Virus record (IMG/VR): IMGVR_UViG_3300028392_000030 | Location: 1 to 64,000 of that record | Reading direction: 5' to 3' (one strand) | From: a virus | DNA length: 64,000 bases | Part shown: positions 57,662 to 64,000 of the stretch, piece after piece | Position numbering within the stretch: the first letter of the stretch is position 1 | How the letters are laid out: each line of letters opens with the position of its first letter | Notes under the pieces: generated by a model | What the model was told of the DNA's origin: nothing | Databases searched by the model: none | What the model saw: the letters and a program-made list of their open reading frames with translations, nothing else | Position numbers and translations under genes: made by a program

Positions 57662-58360
57662 TTATAGTTTTGAAAGAAACATATCTGCAATGTGACGATT
57701 GGTAATTTCACCATAGTGTTGTAAATCTCTGGCTCGATCTGTCATTGTGATAGCAGATGCTTCTTGTTGAATGTATTTGATGCCGCGATCACTGCACAGT
57801 TGTTTAATGGCCAGCGTATTTTTTAAATAATTCATACTGCTGTTGGTATCATTACTGAGCCAACTTCTTGCAAAAGAGTCTACCATTGGAAAACCAATTG
57901 GCCAACAGCTGAGATCATAAAGTTGGTCTTCGTCAATGTGTAGTTCAAGTCTGGTTCTCTCTGTAGATAAAAAAATTACCAAGTCCGGTTTTAATTGTTC
58001 TATCCAATGGTGTGCCAAACGAAAAGCTGTGTCATTGGATGCACCCCCTACTCCAAGATTGTAGTTTTTGAGTTTCAACGCGGTGCTGACTCGATGTGCC
58101 CAGGTAGACTCAACAGGCAATCCCATACCCAGTGTGTGACTACAGCCAATGAACATCACACCAGAGCCAGCTGAATCAAATTCATCTGCTCGAAATCCAT
58201 GACTGTTAAATTTATATGTGATTGGTCGATTGATCCAATTGTATTGATCCAATTGTGTTCGATTTCGAACTAAATTTTTTTGGTATAACTCTTCCGAATC
58301 GGTTCCGTGCCACAGTATTTCTTGATTGGCCAAGGATGAATTAGAGTGTCGAGGTGTCAT
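57662..58360 (-). CDS. SGNH/GDSL-like hydrolase
   Basis: IGCSHT, GGASN, DLQHYG; start after TATAAATA. Confidence 0.6.
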   Translation of the reverse strand: MTPRHSNSSLANQEILWHGTDSEELYQKNLVRNRTQLDQYNWINRPITYKFNSHGFRADEFDSAGSGVMFIGCSHTLGMGLPVESTWAHRVSTALKLKNYNLGVGGASNDTAFRLAHHWIEQLKPDLVIFLSTERTRLELHIDEDQLYDLSCWPIGFPMVDSFARSWLSNDTNSSMNYLKNTLAIKQLCSDRGIKYIQQEASAITMTDRARDLQHYGEITNRHIADMFLSKL

Positions 58361-58364
58361 TGAA

Positions 58365-58372
58365 TATTTATA
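58365..58372 (-). promoter_or_regulatory. T4-type late promoter
   Basis: TATAAATA on minus strand. Confidence 0.7.
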
Positions 58373-58377
58373 GGGGC

Positions 58378-58406
58378 TTGACCAGCAACGTTTTTTCGTA
58401 TATAAT
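58378..58406 (+). promoter_or_regulatory. Sigma70-type promoter for rpoZ-like gene
   Basis: TTGACC-17-TATAAT. Confidence 0.75.
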
Positions 58407-58429
58407 ACACTTTTACAACAGGAGATATT

Positions 58430-58651
58430 ATGAAACCAGTTACTCTCAGTCGCGGCACCCAAATTGACCTTGAAAAATGTGTTGGTTTAGCTGACTCACG
58501 TTATGACATGGTCATTGCTGTGTCGCAACGCCTGCGTGAACTCAAACGCCGAGCCAGAGAAACCGGTGCGTATGTTACTGCTGTTGATGCCTTGTTGGAA
58601 ATGCAAGAAGGAAAAATTGATATGATTCGATACATGTCCAAAGTGAAATAA
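58430..58651 (+). CDS. rpoZ: RNA polymerase omega subunit homologue
   Basis: SRYDMVIAVSQRLREL...VDALLEMQEGKI matches omega core NR(F/Y).LV..A..RAR...AL.EI..G; AGGAG SD. Confidence 0.65.
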   Translation: MKPVTLSRGTQIDLEKCVGLADSRYDMVIAVSQRLRELKRRARETGAYVTAVDALLEMQEGKIDMIRYMSKVK

Positions 58652-58653
58652 TG

Positions 58654-59085
58654 TCACTTGTAGATGTAGTTGATGGTGTCGCGGTTTTCTCTCAATTCTC
58701 GAGCGCCGTTTTTCAAATGAAAGCGTCGAGCCATTTCGGTCTTAGGACTCAATGTCACGTAGGTTTGAATCTCTGGAAACTCTGATTCAATTGACCGTTG
58801 AGCTGCTACAATAAGGTCTCGACCGGCCCCGGCTGTGTAACTCCAGATAGTATAAAATACCGCGGTTGTTGCACCACCAATTATCACAACCAAATCATCA
58901 ACTGCTGAAGGAATTGTTTCTAAGAATTTAACACAGGTAACGGCTAATGTTTGATCACCATCCTTTAACATGTAAATTCGACTGTTTGAGTTTACACGTT
59001 CCGACAAGGGTATCTCTGGGCGCACCGGATCGTCCTTGATAAGGCTAGCAAGATCGTCTGATATGGTGGTGATTGTGTGTAACAT
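58654..59085 (-). CDS. GNAT-fold-like protein
   Basis: AVFYTIWS..AGAGRDLI...VTLSP...RRFHLKNGA. Confidence 0.5.
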   Translation of the reverse strand: MLHTITTISDDLASLIKDDPVRPEIPLSERVNSNSRIYMLKDGDQTLAVTCVKFLETIPSAVDDLVVIIGGATTAVFYTIWSYTAGAGRDLIVAAQRSIESEFPEIQTYVTLSPKTEMARRFHLKNGARELRENRDTINYIYK

Positions 59086-59146
59086 TATATACGCCGTTTA
59101 TGTTTTATAAATTTATTTATCAAATTATGTGTGACAGTAAAATTAC

Positions 59147-59236
59147 GGAGAGTTGGGTGAGCGGCTGAAACCAACGGTCTACTAAACCGTCATAGTGGCA
59201 ACACTATCGTGGGTTCGAATCCCACACTCTCCGCCA
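59147..59236 (+). tRNA. tRNA-Ser(ACT), unusual A34
   Basis: ACGGT-CTACTAA-ACCGT; long variable arm; G73; CCA. Confidence 0.88.
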
Positions 59237-59239
59237 ATT

Positions 59240-59317
59240 AGGACCTTAGCTCAGTTGGATTAGAGCATGGAGCTTCTACCTCCAGGGTCGTGGGTTCGAA
59301 TCCAGCAGGTCCTACCA
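59240..59317 (+). tRNA. tRNA-Arg(TCT)
   Basis: TGGAG-CTTCTAC-CTCCA; A20-containing D-loop; CCA. Confidence 0.9.
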
Positions 59318-59461
59318 GATAAACCCTATCAGTAAACCTAGACCAAATGCAACTATACCAAGTAAAATCATTATTGTGGCATACCAGCCAGTATGATCGA
59401 TGTAATATTCAGGCTGTTCAAATTTGGTGTGGTATCCTGTGTTGTCATAGTAAATTTTCAT
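59312..59461 (-). CDS. Small membrane protein (49 aa)
   Basis: MKIYYDNTGYHTKFEQPEYYIDHTGWYATIMILLGIVAFGLGLLIGFIW read by hand; TAAATA upstream. Confidence 0.55.
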   Translation of the reverse strand: MKIYYDNTGYHTKFEQPEYYIDHTGWYATIMILLGIVAFGLGLLIGFIW

Positions 59462-59505
59462 TATGATATTTATGGATAGGGTTTGTGACAAATAAGTAGT
59501 AATAC

Positions 59506-59579
59506 GCCCTTTTAGTTAAATGGTATAACAGTTGATTTGTAATCATCAATTGGCAGTTCGATTCTGTCAAGGGGCACCA
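59506..59579 (+). tRNA. tRNA-Thr(TGT)
   Basis: TTTGTAA loop; GCCCTTT/AAGGGGC acceptor; CCA. Confidence 0.88.
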
Positions 59580-59608
59580 AAAATATTTTTATAAAGGAAA
59601 TTATAACA

Positions 59609-60457
59609 GTGAACTCTGTTGTTAAAAACTTAATAGCATCCTACAACGCTATTAAAGACGAGTCGTGGCCCGATTGTGTTAGTTATGCTGAGTTGGAACA
59701 GTTACCAAAACACATCATTGATGAATGCAGAGATGTTCACGGATTTGATTTTTTGATTAATAGAAGCCAATTAAAATTGTTGAATCCATATTATCCAGGT
59801 GTTCCTTTTGAAACGTATCCTGATCTTGACAATAGATTATCTCAACATTTTGATTACATATACGATTCTTATTTCCCATTTTCAATAAGTCCTAGATTTT
59901 TTTACCAAAGCGGTATAAAATTTACCTTAAGAGATACCTACTGGTATATTGATCAATTATATAAATCAAACCCGACATCGGTAATCGATCTAGGTTGCGG
60001 AGAAAATGGGTTTAAAAATTGGTTCCCACACATATTTGGTGTAGATCAAGCTACTAATCCGTGGAGTCAAGCCGATCTCATTGGCGATGTAGATGATAAG
60101 TTTTTTAAAGAACATCAAGGCCGATATGATTGCGGAATGTGTATTCATGCTGTATTTTCTGGTTGGCACCGTTTTACAGATCTTATACATTCAATGATGG
60201 GTTTGGTTAACAATAGTTTTTTCTTTGCTTGTCCAATAATTACTGAAACATTTAACGATTTGCCGCTTGAGTTAAAGTCTAACTTTGATTTAATGATAAC
60301 AACACTTATTGATAGAATTTATAATTCAGGCTATGAAGTAACCCTTTTAGATTTCCCTGACTACTTAACATTAAATTGGGATACAAGTTGGCAAGGTGTA
60401 TCATACCGACGGGCACCCCATTCTAATTTAAGATTCATGTTAAAACATAAGAAGTAA
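59609..60457 (+). CDS. Methyltransferase-like protein
   Basis: VIDLGCG motif I; AAGGA SD with GTG start. Confidence 0.55.
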   Translation: MNSVVKNLIASYNAIKDESWPDCVSYAELEQLPKHIIDECRDVHGFDFLINRSQLKLLNPYYPGVPFETYPDLDNRLSQHFDYIYDSYFPFSISPRFFYQSGIKFTLRDTYWYIDQLYKSNPTSVIDLGCGENGFKNWFPHIFGVDQATNPWSQADLIGDVDDKFFKEHQGRYDCGMCIHAVFSGWHRFTDLIHSMMGLVNNSFFFACPIITETFNDLPLELKSNFDLMITTLIDRIYNSGYEVTLLDFPDYLTLNWDTSWQGVSYRRAPHSNLRFMLKHKK

Positions 60458-60465
60458 CAAAAATT

Positions 60466-60666
60466 ATGACATTGAACGATTTACAAGAACGAGATGTAGC
60501 AGTGATTACCAGTGTTGCCAATGAACGGTTGCAACAAATGGGCATTGTTGCTGCGCAGACTGTGACTGTGTTAAGACGCATGGCCTGTTGTCTTCACATA
60601 CGTGTGGGTTCAACTGAATGGGCCATACGTGATCAAGATGCTAGAGCAGTAAAAATTGTCAGATGA
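60466..60666 (+). CDS. FeoA-like SH3 domain protein
   Basis: RLQQMGI..AQTVTVLRR...IRVG..WAIR...A..VKI. Confidence 0.65.
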   Translation: MTLNDLQERDVAVITSVANERLQQMGIVAAQTVTVLRRMACCLHIRVGSTEWAIRDQDARAVKIVR

Positions 60667-60675
60667 GCTATTAGT

Positions 60676-61296
60676 ATGCATGTCAAACTCAACTTACCGC
60701 CACCATCAAATGCCGTAATTGAACAGATCAAAGCATGGGCCAATTCTGTTCAATTTGATCCTAGTAAAAAACAATGGCTTGAACAATTTCACAATGGTGC
60801 TATAACTGCACCTTTGCATTTGCTAGGAGTCAAAGACAAAATTATATCTGAACAGATGATTTTGGAGTTTCAAAAATTCTTTCCAAAGCACACAATTACA
60901 TCAACTGTTTGTATTATGAAAAGCCATGACAATATTCCGTCCTGTTTGCCACCACACATTGATCGAGGGCGAGCACTGGGTATCAATTATTTTGTTGAGC
61001 TGGGCGGGGATCGCGTTGAAACAATATTTTATAATTTTACAAAACAAGCAAAAGATTCAGAGGCCTCTAATATTCCATTTGATCAGACCGGTGGCATTCG
61101 AACCAAAACAGTATTTACACAAGGCTGGCATGCATTTGCGGCCGACCAATGTCATGCTGTTGATAACCTTACCGCAACTAGAATATTTACAACCATCAGA
61201 ATACTGACCAGCGACGCCGAAACAGAAGTCAACTACAATCTTGACAGTTTCATAAAAGATTATCCAGAATTAGTTGAGTTTCAACTGACAAGCTAA
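60676..61296 (+). CDS. 2OG-Fe(II) oxygenase-like protein
   Basis: PPHIDR HxD, INYFV, distal HAVDN. Confidence 0.6.
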   Translation: MHVKLNLPPPSNAVIEQIKAWANSVQFDPSKKQWLEQFHNGAITAPLHLLGVKDKIISEQMILEFQKFFPKHTITSTVCIMKSHDNIPSCLPPHIDRGRALGINYFVELGGDRVETIFYNFTKQAKDSEASNIPFDQTGGIRTKTVFTQGWHAFAADQCHAVDNLTATRIFTTIRILTSDAETEVNYNLDSFIKDYPELVEFQLTS

Positions 61297-61346
61297 ATAA
61301 ATCTAGCAACGCCGGGTTCATCCGACGTCGGGTTTCGCAACGAAAC

Positions 61347-61451
61347 AGACGCTTGACATAGTGATGTCTTTACTGTAGAATATACTACAGAACGCCAAAA
61401 AAGACGCTTGACATAGTGATGTCTTTACTGTAGAATATACTACAGAACGCC
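61347..61451 (+). repeat. Two identical 50-bp units (61347-61396, 61402-61451), each a TTGACA-17-TAGAAT promoter with two inverted repeats
   Basis: AGACGCTTGACATAGTGATGTCTTTACTGTAGAATATACTACAGAACGCC twice, separated by A5. Confidence 0.9.
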
Positions 61452-61538
61452 TACCGTAAGTAGAGTTCTCTACCAGCAATTATAATTGTGTAATTAAACA
61501 GTCAGGTGTATTGACTGCTACTTTTGGTGTGGAGAAAT

Positions 61539-62210
61539 ATGATTAAGTGTCATCAAATAATGAATCATTTGCCGCCGGTGCCTGACCATTTTGTGCAACA
61601 GGCACTGAGCATTGCAAATGCTTGGCAAAACAATCTCGATAATCTAATCACCGGCGCTGGGAGTATACAGTCCAAACCTCCTGCTGTCGACAACGATGGT
61701 AAGAAATACAGCGGCAGAAATATTCCTAGAATTTTTATCGGAAAGCAATGGGAAGAATGGGTCAACAACAATATTTCTGACTGTTATATCAACACAGGTG
61801 TAGCACAAAGTTTGTTGGTGCCACAGGACGGAGTAGAAGACACACAAGCAACATCGCTGCACAATGACACAGAAAGAAAATTTTGTTTGTTCTACCTGGT
61901 CAAGAAAGACAATGACGATCAATGGACACGATGGTATTGTCTTAAAGACGGACCGTTGATTCCAGCTAAAAAACAAGTTTATGCCTTGCAAAAAAATACA
62001 ATAGATCAAATTGTCAGCACAACCGGAGAGGAATTCCAGTTGATTGATGAAATTGTTATGCCATTGTATACCTGGGTGTATGCCGATGTAAGAATTCTTC
62101 ATCAGGCCACCAACCATCAAGGCCAACGCATTGCCATACATGTGAGTTTCAATGAAGATGTGTTTGGCCTGTTTGATCGTACCGACAAAACAAACAAGGA
62201 AGTGGTATGA
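61539..62210 (+). CDS. 2OG-Fe(II) oxygenase-like protein, paralogue 1
   Basis: LHND, FCLFY, RILHQ; GGAG SD. Confidence 0.6.
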   Translation: MIKCHQIMNHLPPVPDHFVQQALSIANAWQNNLDNLITGAGSIQSKPPAVDNDGKKYSGRNIPRIFIGKQWEEWVNNNISDCYINTGVAQSLLVPQDGVEDTQATSLHNDTERKFCLFYLVKKDNDDQWTRWYCLKDGPLIPAKKQVYALQKNTIDQIVSTTGEEFQLIDEIVMPLYTWVYADVRILHQATNHQGQRIAIHVSFNEDVFGLFDRTDKTNKEVV

Positions 62211-62869
62211 TTAAATGCCATCATGTCATGGATCATTTACCAGCTGTTCCTAAGCATTTTGTTCAGCAGTCCATATCAATTGCTGAAAATTGGCAAGAAA
62301 ATCTTGTGGATCACCCTGTATTAAATTCTACCTTGGAACCCAGTATCAATCCCAGATTGATAGTCAACAACAACGGGGATTACGAAACATTGAGATGGAT
62401 TCCAAGATTTCAACTTGACAACGAATGGGAACAATGGGTTGGAGAAAATATTTCAGATAAATTCACCGACACCGGAGTGGCATCTAGTGTGGTAGTTCCT
62501 AGCGACGCATATAAAGATTCTGGCCTATCATCAATTCACAGTGACAAAAATAGAAAATTCGCATTGTTCTACACAATAAAGCAAGGCAATGCTGATCAAT
62601 GGACTCGATGGTATCATCAGTCAGGCCAACCATTGCGTAGACCGCTTGCTATCACATTGACCGGTCAGCAAGGCATAGAGAAAATTGACCAGGCCTACAT
62701 GCCATTGGTAGAGAAAATCGACCAAGCCTACATGCCATTGAACTCATGGGTATATTGTGAAACCGGTATACTACACCAAACTGGTAACCATCAAGGCGAA
62801 CGCATTGCCATACATGTGAGTTTCAATGAAGATGTGTTTGGCCTGTTTGAACACAACAATCAACCCTAA
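62207..62869 (+). CDS. 2OG-Fe(II) oxygenase-like protein, paralogue 2
   Basis: IHSD, FALFY, ILHQ; internal 11-aa duplication. Confidence 0.6.
   Translation: MIKCHHVMDHLPAVPKHFVQQSISIAENWQENLVDHPVLNSTLEPSINPRLIVNNNGDYETLRWIPRFQLDNEWEQWVGENISDKFTDTGVASSVVVPSDAYKDSGLSSIHSDKNRKFALFYTIKQGNADQWTRWYHQSGQPLRRPLAITLTGQQGIEKIDQAYMPLVEKIDQAYMPLNSWVYCETGILHQTGNHQGERIAIHVSFNEDVFGLFEHNNQP
62676..62740 (+). repeat. In-frame 33-bp tandem duplication (EKIDQAYMPL x2)
   Basis: Copies differ at two synonymous positions. Confidence 0.85.
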
Positions 62870-62879
62870 AAGGACACAT

Positions 62880-63521
62880 ATGACTAAATGCTATCAAATC
62901 ATGGACCAACTGCCGGCAGTGCCCGAGCATTTGGTACAGCAGGCTCTGACTGCAGCTCGCAAGGCCAAACAGGATTGGTACGATCCAGACAAAAGACCAC
63001 CTGTGGTCAATACCGGCGGTTCCGGCATTGTGTTTGGTACCAAAATAGTGTATGATCAAGATGATCAACCAATTGTTACCAGAAGCAATCCGAGATTTCC
63101 TCTAGACGATGAATGGAACACCTGGGTGCGAGACAACATTGCGCCAGTAGTGGTCGAGTCTGGAGTCAGTGTGTGTCTCATGCCCAGAGCCGACGACACA
63201 GAAACCACCATGGGCGGGCCACACACAGATACCACTAGAAATTTTGCCTTGTTGTATCTAATAGAAAAAGGCAACGATGATCAATGGACTGAATTCTATC
63301 AAGAAACAGGAGAGGATGTATACCGACCTTACAACTGTAGGCCAACCCAATTGGCCAAGTTGACCTTGATCGACCGAGTATGTGCCCCACTACACAAATG
63401 GCTCATGATCGATGGTAGAATTTTACACGCACAAAAAAATATCTCCAAGGATCGTATTGCCTTGCAAGTCAGTCTTGCGTATGATCCATACAATGTGTTT
63501 GACCGTCCAGTAGTGGATTAA
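62880..63521 (+). CDS. 2OG-Fe(II) oxygenase-like protein, paralogue 3
   Basis: PHTD, FALLY, RILHA. Confidence 0.6.
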   Translation: MTKCYQIMDQLPAVPEHLVQQALTAARKAKQDWYDPDKRPPVVNTGGSGIVFGTKIVYDQDDQPIVTRSNPRFPLDDEWNTWVRDNIAPVVVESGVSVCLMPRADDTETTMGGPHTDTTRNFALLYLIEKGNDDQWTEFYQETGEDVYRPYNCRPTQLAKLTLIDRVCAPLHKWLMIDGRILHAQKNISKDRIALQVSLAYDPYNVFDRPVVD

Positions 63522-63540
63522 CATTTAAAAAGGAAAACGT

Positions 63541-64000
63541 ATGAACTTGAGAATTTTGTTTGCAACTGTATTGTTTTGTGTTTCTCTCAATGCTTTGGCC
63601 GCAGAATATCGTGCCATGCTGCCGTGGCCAGTTGGCTCACTGTCTGATACCGTGCTGAGAAAAATTGCCGAAACATTCAAGAACAACACTGGCGATACCA
63701 TTGTGGTAGAAAACGTACCAGGTGCCAGTGGATTGATCGGAACCGAACGCTGGAAAAGCAGCAGAGATATAGAAATATATCTAACTACAACCTCGTCACT
63801 GGTTGCAGACCCGGTGATACGACCTGAACAATTGACTTACACCGACGATGATTTTGACCTAGTGCTAAACATCTTCACTGGAACAGGAGTATGGGTAACT
63901 AGGCCCGATACCAATATCAAACGTCCAGCAGACTTGATAACTCGCATGCCAGATCTAGTCGGCGGCTACAGTCCATACTGGGATTTAAATACGCAGGCCA
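63541..64000 (+). CDS. Bug/TctC tripartite tricarboxylate transporter substrate-binding protein (3'-truncated)
   Basis: Read by hand: signal peptide MNLRILFATVLFCVSLNALA; PWPVGSLSDTVLR; VVENVPGASGLIG. Confidence 0.75.
   Translation, partial: MNLRILFATVLFCVSLNALAAEYRAMLPWPVGSLSDTVLRKIAETFKNNTGDTIVVENVPGASGLIGTERWKSSRDIEIYLTTTSSLVADPVIRPEQLTYTDDDFDLVLNIFTGTGVWVTRPDTNIKRPADLITRMPDLVGGYSPYWDLNTQA

Noticed and set aside
61375-61392. LexA SOS box (CTGT...ACAG)
   Set aside because: Spacing is CTGT-N10-ACAG, not N8.
61347-61451. CRISPR array
   Set aside because: Only two 50-bp copies separated by 5 nt; no spacers or cas genes.
403-63274. Numerous short antisense and alternate-frame ORFs in the supplied track (e.g. 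1819-2319, 17963-18403, 53099-53515, 54115-54444, 61644-62141)
   Set aside because: They shadow longer well-supported genes or RNA genes and show no motifs or SD sites.
1-64000. Stop-codon reassignment
   Set aside because: Known genes are full length in code 11; TAA, TAG and TGA all serve as stops; no suppressor tRNA seen.

Overview
Segment of a large T4-like (jumbo) phage genome in the standard genetic code, almost all genes on the + strand; the host is probably a betaproteobacterium (inference from Bug/TctC, Csp and FdxA-type genes). 1-13 kb: late cluster of modular, protease-processed internal-head-type polyproteins (T4 capsid-targeting-like N-termini, [VIL]-x-E linkers, recurring DNA motif CAAGGTGTGGCGGAAGG) carrying ParB/Srx-like, GH19, deaminase and methyltransferase modules, plus Dps. 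14-21 kb: DsbA-like protein, family B DNA polymerase, sliding clamp. 21-43 kb: 7-deazaguanine DNA-modification genes (DpdA, DpdL-like, FolE, QueD, QueE; no QueC seen here) interleaved with nucleotide-sugar enzymes, glycosyltransferases, NadE, ferredoxin and an autotransporter-like lipoprotein. 45-60 kb: RNase H/FEN, Csp, HNH beside a truncated tmRNA relic, a permuted two-piece tmRNA, a leader-peptide attenuator, 14 tRNAs (one with an ACT anticodon), a ~400-nt structured RNA candidate and an RpoZ homologue. 60-64 kb: FeoA, four 2OG-Fe(II) oxygenase-like paralogues, a duplicated 50-bp promoter/hairpin unit and a Bug/TctC gene. All calls come from motif reading by eye; no searches or folding programs were run.
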